64,000 nt of DNA, taken from Tubulanus polymorphus (Eukaryota > Animalia > Nemertea). Shown one piece after another: positions 26,401 to 41,400 of the stretch. Both the position numbers and the translations under genes were made by a program. Position 1 is the first letter of the stretch; each line of letters opens with the position of its first letter. Location: the NCBI RefSeq assembly GCF_964204645.1, contig NC_134030.1:13448656-13512655 (forward strand), given 5' to 3'. Below the pieces are notes generated by a model that worked only from the letters and a program-made list of their open reading frames with translations, was not told the DNA's origin and did not search any database.

Positions 26401-29400
26401 TTAATTCTCTATTCTGTATTAATAAACTGTGTGATTTCTGATTTCTAAATTTTTGACTATCAATTTATATTATATATTCATGTAATTCATCCATTCATGA
26501 TGAATGAATATTTTCTATACATATATTTATATTTTCTATAATATTACATATTTTCTATTCTAAATCTATAAAATGATGATTTTGGCGAACTTTAGGTTTG
26601 CCTATGCAAACGGTCTGATGAAGCAGTTTTCATTGAAAATGAATAGAGTACCGGTGTGTCAACAAGGCACAAACATTGGCTATTGAACCAATAGCATTGA
26701 TTTTTGGTGTCATGGTTTGGCTTAATGAGTTCTTAAGCCCACAAAAATTTCATAGTGATCGAGTTATTTTTAGGGGACTTATTCTTGAAAAACACGCAAA
26801 AACCCAGATTTTTAGCACTAAGTCATGGCACGTTTTTACATATGACAATTTGCATGCCTGGAATTGAAATATATAAAAGTTCAATCCTTCCTGGAAGTGT
26901 CGCCGTTTTTAGTTCGACTGATCTCAATGTACTTTTCAACCTACAGGCCTTAAGTCCAGTGGGCTATTGCGTTCACTTTTCGTTGGTCGTCCGTCGTAGC
27001 GTCCGTCCGTCCGTCCGTCTGTAGATGGAATCCAGTTATTTTAGGAAGTTTTGAAGACGCTTCAAGGTAATGTCTTGATATTTGGTTCAAATATGTATCT
27101 ACCCTAGACACATCTTCAGCCCAAAAACTGGCCCTGTCAGATTCAAGATGGCTGACTGGCAGCCATTGTTGTTCGCCAAATTCAGCACTTTTTACACATT
27201 TTTTAACTTTTTGAGGGAAATTTTGATGACGCTTACGGTAAATCAATTAACTTGATCTTTCGTATGATTTTTGAATCCCCTAAGGGCCTATCACCTCAAG
27301 AAAAATTGGGTCGATCGGACTCAAGATGGCCGTCCTATGACCTTTTTAATACTCAAAAATGTAAATTATGGCCCGAATTCTGAGTCCTGTAGTTTCCTAC
27401 TGGTTGGCCATTTCTCATTGCAATTTGTGATGGGTATTCTTTGAAAATGGATCTTTTATACCTGAGACAGGTATTTTTGATCAGGCAATTATGACGTAAT
27501 TGGCGGCCATCTTGGTGTCATCAGCACTCATTCGTAGGTGGAAAAAGGTTTTCCCACATTATATTGATACTTAAGCATATTTTGTTACCACAATCAATGG
27601 GGTTCATTTCGATTTAACTAATTTTCCATCATCTGATTGCTCTAGAAATGGAAATTTCTCATCGGCATCGATTTTATCTGCATCTTGACCGTTGTAAGGA
27701 CATTTCACTTCGATTATCCTGGAAGCATCGTTAACTCCATCAGGTGTTGCACCTAGAATTGGAATGTCCGGTCTAATATAAATCCCACAGGATCGGACGT
27801 GAACATTGCAGCACTTCTCAAATTCTTTTATGGCTGTTGATTCAAATTGTTTGCCGTGAATAGTTGCCGCAGTTTCAAAACTCCAGGTTAAAGAAATCAA
27901 ACTTTTGCTAAGTTTTTGCTTATCATGCCTTTCCGTAATTTTGTAAATTTCCGAATCTTGATGCGGTAATACGCCATTGACGGAGTTCAAACCATGTCGA
28001 ACATTCACTCTGTTCCCTAGTGTCCATTTCCATAGCTACGGCTTGTTCGCTTGTAACCTAAGATTAGAAAATTAGATTTTGTCATACAAATATTTACTAC
28101 AATATACCTCATTAAAAAAGTATTTTTTCCTGGAACTTCTAAAAATATGTATATATTTTTAGATGTTCTTTTACCCATTACTCGGTGAAAGGTCTCTCTA
28201 AGTAATCGTGGTCATGTAGAGCAGCTCCCATGTCCGCTGAATCGAATAAATATATCATGGGGAGATCTTTCGATGTCTTATTACAGTAGTTCATTACCAA
28301 ACCACGTACATGATCTGGATATCCAGGTCTCTTTCTAAATTCTAGTGGTCGTGGGTCGTCTAAATTTGCTGCTCTGTTGCAGGGCAAGTCTTCTGCCTTT
28401 TTTGGAGTACCGCTACCTAAAATGATAAAAAGTTTTGTAAGATTGAAGGATAATATATCTAGCCTGTTCAGTCAACCATCGTTTACATTGGTGATTAAGG
28501 ATTATAGAGTATGACATGGCCATCTGACTCCTGAACTAATTCATAACAAAAATGTAAACAAAGGTTTAGTAATTACATACCTTCATGTTACTTTCTGGGA
28601 CAATGGAAAGACTGCAAAGTTTCTGTGCATGATTTTCCAACCTGAAGTTTTCCATCTTGGGAAAAAGTGGCAATCATCAACAGCACAGTCCTAATGTGTT
28701 TACATGTCAAATGCGGACCATTTCCTGCAGGGCATTCACAGTCACTGTTTAAAATCTCACCATTAGATCTCACTTTAAACTTGTAAGAATATGAAACCTA
28801 AAAAAAAATGGGAAAACATTTGCTTGATAAGTTTAATACATGGTCTTCATTTTTCATTCAATTTTTGTAGGCTTACAGCCTTTATTTTACACTGAATTAG
28901 AAATAATAACTTTTTTCTTCATTGCCGCTCTGACGATTCCAGTGAAAAAGCATATGTTCGCTGTTTTTAAAAAGCTGCAGCATCTATACGGTTTGAATCT
29001 AAAAGCTGTCTGGCTTTCTCCATTGCTTTGGAGTCCTTTGACATCTCTTTATCCGTGGCCATTCGAAATTTAAAGTACCCTCTGATGTGATCTTCTGTGA
29101 TGCTTGGGAGTATTGCCTCGATGTTGTGGGCATAGTTGTCCAAATCCTGTTACATCATCTGGCCATTCTGGTAAAAGTTCTCTGGTGATGCTGTCATTTT
29201 GAAAATAACTATTTCTGTCATAAGCCTCTAACCTGAAAAGAACATCAAATATCTTTAGTTTGTAAGCTTCATCTATTAGACTAGATAGTGCTGCCACCAC
29301 AAATATCAATGCTCCCTTCTAGGATTTACAGGAAATATGTTAATGAACGGTAGCCGGGATGTTTGAAGAAGTGAATAACATGTGTGTCTTAATTACCCGG

Positions 29401-32400
29401 TAGCCTAGTTGCATTAAAAGTCGAATATGCATCAAAAGCTAATTGAACGATTAAATAGATACGGTTACCTTTCTACTAGATCTGCTTTTCTGCCTGAAGT
29501 TTTGGCACCCCTCTTGGATAGTTCAATTTTTAATTCGTTAACTTTCAGGCAATCATACTTGAACGCCATTGTTTTTGCTAATGAATACCGGTTGATACTC
29601 GCGCGCCACCTGTCCTCCGACGCGGAGAGCCCCATCGCAAAGTAGCTCATGACATGTTCTATGATTGCGATGAGTTTAAAGCCTATCAGTTTTTGTATAT
29701 CGCCACCAGGGGGCGTTGAACAATACAATAACTTAGTATTTCTATATTATTTTCGTTTCTATGCATATTTTGCTACCACAATTAATTGGAAAGTTGTAGC
29801 CCATGACATGGTCTATGATTGTGGTAAGTTTCAAGGACATAGATTATTCTATATGGTCACTAGGGGGTGTTTGAATAGTAGAATAACTTAGTATTTCCTT
29901 ATTATATTGGTACCTAGGCATATTTTGTTACCATGATCAATTTCAAAGTTGTAGCTCATGACATGTTCTATGATGATGGTGAGTGTCAATGTCATTGGGC
30001 TTCGCATATGGTCACCAGGGGGTGTTGAATAGTAGAAAAACTTAGTATTTCCATATCATATTGGTACCTAGGCATATTTTGTTATCAGAATCAATTACAA
30101 ATTTGTAGCTGCTGACATGTGCTATGATTGTGGTGAGTTTCAAGGTCATTAGATTTTTTCAAGGTCATTGGATGGGGCATTGAATATTGAAATTGTTAGA
30201 TTGTTGAGCATCTGAAACCATTTCCCAAGTGGGCATGGTGTCCCTGGACCCCTAGTTTCATATTGTGAAAATATTTTTTTGAAAATATAAAATAGTTTCC
30301 CTGCCGCCCCTACCTGTACCCTACAAAATTTTGGATGTCGACCATAAACAAATGTTTATCTTTGGTCTTATTTGACTACAAAATAATTCTTTAAGAAAGA
30401 TGAAATACAATATAGATTTCTAGAACTTTGAAGTCACGAATTAAAAAGATTTTTCAAGCAATGCCCTTACTCCATACAACCTCTTGCTTTCAAGGTAAAC
30501 CACACTTTGCCCATGGACAATTTATTTTGACATTTTGTGGATGGATGTATTCTGACTAGTGACATTGCGGTCAATCTAATACTGCTTCGCTAGTACATTT
30601 GTATATACGCGCGTCAGCAGTCAGCCGCGTGTGTGAATATAGGTTACAGTATATGGCTGTGTGTGTTGGTAATCACCTGAGCAAGTGTATATAGCACAGT
30701 TACTCGGCAATGATAGTATACACATTACTCTCACACATCCGCAGGGGCATATTTTGTCAGCCTCATACATCTGCTTCCAAATTAATTTATATTTAGTATA
30801 ATATTTTTTACAATATATGCACTCAATGATTTAATGGTGAGCCACAGGGCCATTGGACCTTTATTTTCATCTTTTCCTTGATATCAAATGAAATTTATCT
30901 TAAAACCTGATCTTAAATCTTCAATATCTTCACTTAATATTCTATAAAATCTGTCTAGTATTAAAATGTTCTAAATTTATGTTTTACTTTGGCCTTGCTA
31001 AAAGCTTAAATTGTTTTTGTTTTGCAATTGTTTGTTGTTTCCATTCATTTACTTAACAAAATCTTTACTGAAATTGTACTAACAATTATTCAATTTAATC
31101 AACACACGTCATTTGCTGAAAATAAGTTTAATACGGGATATCGACAAATTCAAGTTCTGGAATTTCTCGTTTGATGGCGCTAGTCAGAACGGGAAATTGG
31201 AACCTAAATTCATTTGCAATAAAAATGAACTAACTTCAAGTTTTTAGTTAGCGATATTTTACTGACTATACATCGTCACGCATAATCCTTTAAGTATGAT
31301 ATCCTGACAATGTGTTGAATTTGATGAAAGCTCACTTATAATGCTGAATATCTCAAAAAATGTAAAAAAAATTACCAAAAAATCACAAATTTAGCGATGA
31401 CGCTAGAAGCAGCTAACGGAAGTAAAGACTGGTGCCGGGTGACATCATTCTGTCGTTAAGTTCAAGACTCTAAGGGAATTTGTTGCAGGCTACACTGATA
31501 AATGAGAAATAATATTATGAAATGAAATTAATTTTAGAAGGACTACACTCATAGATTCATAAAAAAAATATGAAAAGTACCAGGACTCGAACCAACAATC
31601 GAAATCGTGCCGTCAAGTGCTGCCTTCATGTGATACCTGGCAACCAGTCTGGCAAAATGTTTTTTGATAATTTTAGGACATTTATAGTGATTTTTAACCT
31701 TTTCAGTGAGGTTTCCTCGTATCCAACGTAGCGGTAGGATATCATATTTAAAGGATTACGCGTGATGATGTATATACTAAGTTAAATATCACTCATTGAA
31801 AACATGAAGCAATATTACATGTTATATTGACTGACATTACAGTAATCAAAATGTGTCATGACCAGGAAAATTGTTAGAAAAAGATCAAAGCATACTGAAA
31901 TTAAGAACCTACTGTTCTATCATGTGTGAATGGACAACTGTCTGAGACTTTTGACTAACTTAGACAAAAACTAAACCATTTTCTGATTTCATATTCATCC
32001 AATCATTGGACTTGGACTAAAATAAAATATCAATCAAGCGAGAGATTTTAATTGCAAATGAACTAGAACATAGCGGATTTAGGTTCCAATTTCCGGTTCT
32101 AACAAGCGCCATCAAACGAGTAATTCAAGAATTTGAATTTGTCGATATCCCGTATCACGCACATATAAACACTAATCGCCATACTTCGCAATTCATGATT
32201 AAATCAACACAAGCCTTTCACTTGAGAAATATATAGATACCTTTATTTACGCAATAGTGTGAATAAGTAACATCACCAATTTATAAAATAAAGGACACAG
32301 GGTATTAGTCACAGGGCACGACTGGATTTTGGCTTTCATACCCTACCATGCAGGGGCGGTTCTAGGATTTTTCAAAGGGGGGTGGCTGGCAAAACGTAAT

Positions 32401-35400
32401 ATAGAGACTGGGACTAGCGAGCCGTTCGGCGGCGAAGTCCGAGCAAGTAAAGGTCGCGAGACGGGGGGAGCTCGAGCCTTTAAGATTTTGAAAAATCCTT
32501 GGGAAAATGGTGCAATTTGACAGCATTTGCGCGATGGTTTCAGCGAAAAAATTATAACATCTTGCTGAGCCGTGGCCAGGATTAGGTGTTGATGATTTTA
32601 ATGAGATGATTGGGGGAAGCTTAGCAGGTCATTTTTAGCCCACTTGGGACTTGAGTACCAGCGGGCTATTGCGTTCACTTTTCGTCCGCCGTCCGTCCGT
32701 AGATGGAAGTTTTGAAGACTATTCCAGGTAATGTCTTGATATTTGGGTTACACATGTATCTACCCTAGACACATCTTCAGCCCAAAAACTGGCCCTGTCA
32801 GAATCAAGATGGCCGACTGGCAGCCATTGTTGTTCGCCAAAATCAGTACTTTTTGCTCATTTTTGAACTTTTTGAGGGAAATTTTGAAGACGCTTTGATC
32901 AATTACCTTGATCGTTCGCATATATTTTAATCCCCCAAAGGGCCATGAGCATAAGAAAAATTGGGTCGATCGGACTCAAGATGGCCGTCCTATGACCTTT
33001 TTAGTGCCCAAAAATGTCAACTTTGGCCCGAGTTCTGAGTCCTGGAGCTTCCTACTTGTTTGCCATTTCTCATTGCAATTTGTGATGGGTAGTCTTTGGA
33101 AAGGGATGTTTTATACCCATTTTTCAGGCCAATGGCGCAATTGGTGGCCATCTTGGTGTCATCACTACTCATCCTTAGGTGGGAAAAAGTTTTTCCATAT
33201 TGTATTGATACCTAAGCATAATTTGTTACCACAATCAATTAGAAAGTTGTAGCCCATAACGTGTTCTATGATTTTGGTGAGTTTGAAGGTCATTGGTTTT
33301 TGTATATGGCCAACAGGGGGCGTTGAATAATATAATAACATAGTATTTCTATATTATATTTGTACCTATGCATATTTTGTTACCACAATCAATTGCAAAG
33401 TTGTAGCTCGTGACATCGTCTATGATTGTGGTGAGTTTTAAGGACATTAGTTATTCTAATGGTCTCCAGAGGGCGTTGAATAGTAGAATAATTTAGTTTT
33501 TCCTTATTAGATTGGTACCTAGGCATATGTTGTTACCATGATCAGTTGCAAAGTTGTAGTTCATGACAGTTCTATGATTGTGGTGAGTTTCAAGGTCATG
33601 GGGTTTTGCATATGGTCACCAGGGGGCATTGAATAGTAGAATAACTTAGTATTTCCATATTAAATTGGTAAAGAGGCATATTTTGTTATCACAATTAACT
33701 AAAAAATCATAGCTGCTGACATGTTCTATGATTGTGGTCAGTTTCAAGGTCATTGGTTTTTGTATATGGTCATCATGGCATTGAATATTGAAATTGTTAG
33801 ATTGTTGAGCATTTGAAACCAGTGGGCATGGTGTCCTTGGACCCCTAGTTCAAACATTTGTCGTCATAATTTATAATTCGTCATGGTACTGGTTTTGGAA
33901 TTTGTTTGACACAGATTGGGAAAAAGTCAAATAGTTTTGATTGGGAAAATGACCATTTATCGGATACATACGGCCTAGCGGAATGGCTGGAGATACACTA
34001 CCTTATATCTACGAGCAATCATCTCGACGATTGCTCGTAGCATACGGCGTCAGACAACAGGGGTATAATACAAAGTCGCAACACTACTGTTAGTTCTGAT
34101 TCTGAGGCAGCTAACATTCTTATTTCATCTTCTTAGAGGTAGGCTTTTTACACGAAAAAAGGCAATTGAGGGGGTGGCTAGCTTTGAATCCCTGCTGAGG
34201 AAGAATGAGTCTGGATTTGAACTGTTTTGAATCCCTGTTGATGGAGTATACGTCTTGTGGGTATTAACCATGTTCCACTATAAACCAGTATTGATGTCTT
34301 TTTTATAGGATTAGTAGTGGTAAACGTGTGACTAATGTGATCGTTGATTCAACTCGGTCTGATGAAGAGGCGGATGATGACGATGATAATTTCATTGTTC
34401 AAGATGGTGGAACATCACTAGAACCCGAACCCGAACCACTTGTAAGTCACTTTTCTTACCTATGCCCCATAATAGAACATAACCATGCCATGTGCTCAAA
34501 CTGCAAATTCAATCAAATTCTATTGTGCAAAAAAAATCAAATCCAATTCAATTTTACTTTACTGAACAAGGTTAAACAGCAAATCCAATTCAATTTTGTT
34601 TTTTGGAGCAAATTTCAGAAAATTCGATTCAGCATTCAAATCTCGAGACCAAGGGAAAAGATTTATCTTAGGTATTTGTTCCTGCCAGCTCCAGTCGCTG
34701 TCTGTGCTACTTATGAAAGCAAGATTGAATTGTGTAAATTATTAGCCTGGGATTGACTAGTCTATCGAGTTTGGGGTGTATTTGGACAAATTTGACCCAC
34801 AGAATACATCATTTGCCATTTTATGAAAAGTTGACAGGCTGGCCATAGTGCCCCTTTGGGCTCTTGTTTAAATATTTCCCAAATTATTAGAAAATGTCGG
34901 TAGTTAGACCGTGAGAAAGTGTTATCGTTGAATGGGCGAATCACAGCCGCAGAGTGCATCTGTGATAAGGCGGAAATAGTTCCATGTGTGGGCAAAATTT
35001 TAAATGATTAGACAGTCGGAGGTGGTTCATCAACTATTTGGTTTACCTTTGTCAGCAGTATGAGATTGGCATTGAGCCAATTCATGTAAAATCGTCGTAC
35101 GCTGAGCATTTTTTCATTGGTTCTCAGGTTAAACGACATATCATCGATGCGATTGAAGACATGACGAACCTCCGTCGATGACATGGTCAACTTTGTTTAA
35201 ATTCGACGATAAACCGCTTTTGGCGGGAAAATTTTCGCTCTTATGTATAAAATTGCAATGACCTTGATTGGGGGGAGGGCGTCATCTCTATGAGCGAATG
35301 TGATTGGCTGTTTTTGGCGCTACTAAAATAATTATGGGAAAGCCATTATTGGCGAACGTTTCATTGGACTAAGCGCCGTATATGTGCGAATTTTAAATGC

Positions 35401-38400
35401 TCATTGCTGGTGAGAATATAATTATTTCACATATCGCCATAGGTATTGTTTCATTTTAATACCCGGTGATTGTGTTGATTGAGATTGAAGTGAAGCGAAC
35501 GTTCACTACACAAGGCCTCCACTTGCGCAAGAGTGCTAAACATTAGACTGTTGCACACACAAACCCACGCTCATACAGACTACTATATGGTGATGCTGTA
35601 ACGCTGCTTGGCGCGTGCACGTTTGGTATGATAACAGGCTGAATAATCGTTGTAGCCGAAGATGAGCGCTGTGTTTTCTGTTTGATCGAATTTGTAATAA
35701 ATTGTAATTTCTTGTGACCTGAAAAAACTAAGCAGCAAACTATAGTTATAGGTTGAGGTCTGAATATTGTAGTGGTAAATTCCAGGATTTAAAACGATCT
35801 AATACTATGTTCCGGTGTTTGAGCTTCCGCGGCCATACATTGGAAGAGGTTTCATTTCCAAGACTCAATATTCAGCCACCCTCTGTGACATCATATGAAT
35901 TTTATTTGAATATTTTTTCGTATTGTGAAAAATATATATTTGAAAATATAAAATAGTTTCCCTGCCGCGCCTGCCTGTACCCTACGAAATTTTGGACGAA
36001 GACCATGAACAAATGTTTATCTTTGGTCTCATTTGACTACAAAATAATACTGTAAGAAAGATAAAATACAATATAAACTTATAGAACTTTGAAGTCACGA
36101 AGTAATAAGATTTTTCAAGCAATGCCCTTACTCCAAACAACCTCTAGCTTTCAAGGTAAACCACACTTTGCCACTGGGCAATTTATTGAAAATAAGCTTG
36201 AAGATTGGGTCTGGCGAGATGCCCACCCCTATTGTAAAAAAAAGGTCATTAATGATGAAATATGGCTGCCATTGGGGTGGCCATCTTGAATTTCTTGTTT
36301 GCAGGACCAAGCCCGCAATTCTTATGGATTTCTGCAAAATTTGGTATGAGGATCAGGGTAGGTAAGCTGTCCATGCCTATTGTATAAGGAGGTCATCGGC
36401 TTTCAAATATGGCCACCAGGTCAGCCATCTTGAATTTTTAGGATTAAACGGTCTGCAATTATTGACGCATCTTCATGATACTAGGTGTAAGAATTTTGGT
36501 AGCTGAAGTGTATACCCCTTATTGAAAATTGAGTTCAAGTATGGCAACCAAGGTTGCCATCCATCTTGGAATTTTTTTTTTTCAGCACAATGCCTACACT
36601 AATTCTTAATGCATTTTTTCATGTAGTGTGATCTTTGGGGCAGCTAAAATCGGCTTGTCTTTACATGAAAGGATATATTAACAGAAAATGAACATTATCG
36701 CCACTTAGTCTATACCATCTGAACTATTTTAAAACTTGTTACATTGTTACAATGTAAATCTTTCTGTAAAACTTTGAATACTGGATCATTCTTCCTCTAC
36801 TGCGTCATGAAGGTATAAGGCCTGTGGGCCTCTTGTTCTTTGAGTAAACTTTGCCATGTGTGCTCTGCCTATGTCTGTATTTCTATATTTCTGAACATCA
36901 TGCAATCTAAGTCATACGGTGGAACCTTGTTCTAACGAACCGCTGGGGGAAAAATAAAAAGGTTGTTATATCCGATAGATCGTTAGATCCGATTCACATT
37001 GATGTATGAAAAGACAACACCCCTTGGTGCAATGAAACACAACCCAACTGGTTTCATTGGAGTAGGCCCACTATTTTAGTATACATACTGTCAGCTAAAA
37101 AATTGCTAATCGACAACTGAAAACTATGGAATAGAATATAAATTTAAACCAAATTCAGATTTGGTCTCTGTTAACTTTGAGTGGCAAATACATGTCTTGG
37201 ACACATGAGTCCCTCCCAGGGGATGCGATGGAACGAGATCAAGGAAATGAATGTAACACAGCTAGGCCTATGCCAGTTAAAACGTCAGAACAATTTTAGA
37301 ACTTCACAGCATTTAGTCCCTTTTTGGTTTACCTTTGTCAGCGATATGAAGTTGGCATTGAGCCAATTCATGTGAAATCACGGTACGTTTTTTTATGAAA
37401 GCATTTGTTTCATTGGTTCTTGGCTTAAACGACGTATAATCGATGCGATTGAAGACATGGCGAACCTCCGTCGATGACATGGTCAACATTGTTAAAATTC
37501 TACGAAAAACTGTTTTTGGCGGGAAAATTCTTAGCTCTCGCGTATAAAATTGCAATGACCTCGATTGGGAGGCGTTGTCTCTACGAGAGAATGTGATTGG
37601 CTGTTTTTGGGATATACGGGGAATCCCGGCACTACTAAAATAATTATAGGAAAGCCATAGAATGGCGAACGTTTCATTGGACTAGGTGCCGTATACATGC
37701 AAATTTCAAATGCTCATTGCTGGTGAGAATGTAATTATTATCCGCCATAATGTATTGTTTCATTTTAATACCCGGTGATTGTTTTGATTGACATTGAAGT
37801 GTAAGCAAACGTTCACTACACGAGGCCTCCACGTGCGCGCAGAGTGCTATAGACTGTTGCACACAAACACACGCTCGTACATTATACACTACTATAGTGA
37901 TACTGTAACGCTGCTTGCTGGCGCGTTTGACATTTCATCAACAGAAGAACGCTGTGTTTTCTGTTTGATAGAATTTGTAGTAACTTGTAATTTCTTGTGA
38001 CTTGAAAATATTAAGCAGCAAACTATAGGTATAGGTCGAGGTCTGAATATTGTAGTGGTAAATTCCAGGATTTAAAACGATCTAATACGCCGATTTCTTA
38101 CTGCACTGGTATTTTAGCTTCCGCGGCCATACATTCAGCCACCCTCTGATATGTGACATCATATGAATTTTATTTGAATATTTTTTATATTATGAAAAAT
38201 ATTTCTTTGAAAATATAATTTAGTTTCCATGCCGCGCCTACCTGTACCCTACGAAATTTTGGATGTGGACCTAAACAAATGTATATCTTTAGTCTTATTT
38301 GACTACAAAATAATCCTTTAAGAAAGACAAAATACAATATTTAAACTTGTAGAACTTTGAAGTCACGAATTAAAAAGATTTTTCAAGCAATGCCCTTACC

Positions 38401-41400
38401 CCAAACAACCTCTAGCTTTCGAGGTAAACCACACTTTTCCCATGGGCAATTTATTCAATTTCTCTGATGGTCTCAATCGTTGTGCGAAGTACGTTTTCAT
38501 TGCACGTGTGCATATCACTGTAAACAGGCTGAAACAAAGACCAACTACCGTACTACAAATTGTAGCTGCCAGCAACACATCGGTAATCTGTATCACTAAT
38601 CTCAGATAGATAAACCAACACAGTCTTTCAGTTTGAAACTGACAATAAATAAACAAGTGTGATTGATTGTGACTTAGCGATGGTTAGAACCAATGAAAAT
38701 ATGTAATAGGACTCCAAAACAATGGTCGTTATAACCGAAATTTCGTTAGAAAAGGGGTCGTTGTTTCTGATGAAATTTAACTGTAAATGAGAAGGATTTG
38801 GCCGGGGATTTTTTATTTCGTACATAACAGGTGATGGTCTGTTAGTTCTGAGGTCGTTAGTACGAGGTTGCACTGTATAAGGTCAAGAAATGATCTTCAC
38901 CTATTTTCATATCTAGCCATTCGAAGCTACTGCGTCAAGCTTCGTGGGTCTCATTTCAATCTACCGGTATGTTAAGTTCAAATGGAATGTCATTTCTACT
39001 TCAGGCGATGAGACAAGATGAAGATGAAGTGGACTCTGGTGAGCATGGAGGATTAGTAAAAAAGATTCTCGTCACAAAAAAAGAACTTGAAGAGGGTAGT
39101 CAGCAATCGGGAACAAAGAAAACTGGAGTGGTAAGTTTCAAAATATGTATATTGATATTAAGATGTTGCAGAAACAAATTGATCTCATTTTGGTAAGGTA
39201 TTTTGTGAAAATGTGAACATGTGAGTTAAGGCCATTTCTAATAGATCACGTTCATATCACAGGGTTCGTCGCGGGCAGTAAAAGCAGTAAAAAGCGGTAA
39301 AAATTGAAAAATAAAAATATGGCCATAAAAATCAGTTATTATAAACTTAAAGCAGTAAAAATGTATCAGGGGCAGTTTTTTTCTGAAAAGGCAACATTTT
39401 CTCGGAGTGTTGTTTTGATAATAGTGAAAACAACACAATTGACATGTTTGAATAAAATCAGCGACGTTCTTTTACCGATCCGACCGGCGTAGCGTTTCAT
39501 CTATCATTGTCACACTTGTTCCGCGACCCATAATGTGGTGCCGCTTACTTTCTCAGTTTTCATTTTACTGTTGGCGTTTCGGATCCGGGTTTTCGTTTTC
39601 ACTGTGTCTTCGTTGAAATTGCAAATGGCAGTGGTTTGCGAATTTCTTATAAAATGGGGAAATCATCATTCAAAGATAGCTGGCTTTATCACCCGGACTA
39701 CAGATTTTGGGTCGAGCAGGTGCCAAACAACGTATAAAAGTTTCGGTGTAAAATCAGAATGAAGAATTTGGAAATTACGGCGAATGGAGTAGGCGCAGTG
39801 AAAATCCACATGACTACGAAACAGCATCGATCAGTCTGGTTTTGCCATAGTCGTCGATAAATCCCTAAAACTCGATGATGCACTTCTCCGTCCCGGCGTT
39901 TCCCGTAATTCTACTCCTAGACCGAGGTACTTATCTATGGATTGCTTTCTACAAACTTGGGCACACAAACTTGTTGTAAGAATCATCTAGATAAAGATTT
40001 GGGCCTATTATGAAAAATTTAGCTAAATTGTTAATTTAATGACATCTTTTGAATAAATTCAATCCAAATTCAATCAAATTTTATTGAATCTAAAATCAAA
40101 TATATTTCATCGCTTTCTGAAAAGCAACCTTTTTCAATTGATTATTTTACTATTTAGTTAATTCTTGTTTGTTTTGTTTTTTTGTTTACCTTTGTCAGCA
40201 GTATGAGGTTGGCATTGAGACAATTCATGTAAAATCGTGGTACGTTTTTTTATGTGGGCATCTTTTTCATTGGTTCTCGGGTTAAACGACGTATAATCGA
40301 TGCGATTGAAGACATGACGAACCTCCGTTGATGACATGGTCAACTCTGTTTAAATTCAACGAAAAACAGTTTTTGGCGGGAAAATTCTTAGCTCTTGCGT
40401 ATAAAATTGCAATGACCTCGATTGGGGGCGTCGTCTCTACGAGCGGATGTGATTGGCTGTTTTTGGGATATACGGGGAATTCCCGCCCTACTAAAATAAT
40501 TATGGGGAAGCCATTTATGGCGAACTTTTCATTGGATTAAGTGCGAATTTTAAATGCTCATTGCTGGTGAGAATATGTTTATTTCACATATCGCTATAGG
40601 TATTGTTTCGTTTTAATACCCGATGATGTTGCACACACAAACACACGCTCATCCAGACTACTTTATGGAGATGCTGTAACGCTGCTTGGCGCGTGCACAT
40701 TTGGTATGATAACAGGCTGAATAATCGTCGTAGCAGAAGATGAGCGCTGTGTTTTCTGTTTGATAGAATTAGTAATAAATTGTAATTTCTTGTGACCTGA
40801 AAATACTAAGCACCAAACTATAGGTATAGGTCGAGGTCTGAATATTGTAGCGGTAAATTCCAGGAGTTAAAACGATCTAATACTACGCCCTGGTGTTTTA
40901 GCTTCCGCGGCCATACATTGGAAGAGGTTACGTTTCCAAGACTCAATATTCAGCCACCCTCTGATATGTGACATCATATGAATTTTATTTGAATAGTTTT
41001 TCATATTATGAAAAATATTTCTTTGAAAATATAAAATAGTTTCCATGCCGCACCTACCTGTACCCTACGAAATTTTTGATGTGGACCGTAAACAAATGTA
41101 TATCTTTGGTCTTATTTGACTACAAAATAATCCTTTAAGAAAGATAAAATACAATATTTAAACTTTTGGAACTTTGAAGTCACGAATTAAAATGATTTTT
41201 CAAGCAATGCCCTTACCCCAAACAACCTCTATAGCTTTCAAGGTAAACCACGCTTTGCCCATGGGCAATTTATTTTAGTGTCGCTGTCATTTCTGCTGGT
41301 GAAAGAACGAATGCTAGCTCAGTACTCGAACAATAAGTTACTTAAGAAATTGTACTCCAATCAGAAATTCTGTGTTTTATTTTTTTATAGTTTTGAATTT

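Noticed and set aside
34442-34756. Extension of the 34328-34756 ORF as IFT54 coding sequence
   Set aside because: A strong GTAAGT donor lies at 34442 and the downstream part is family C repeat sequence.
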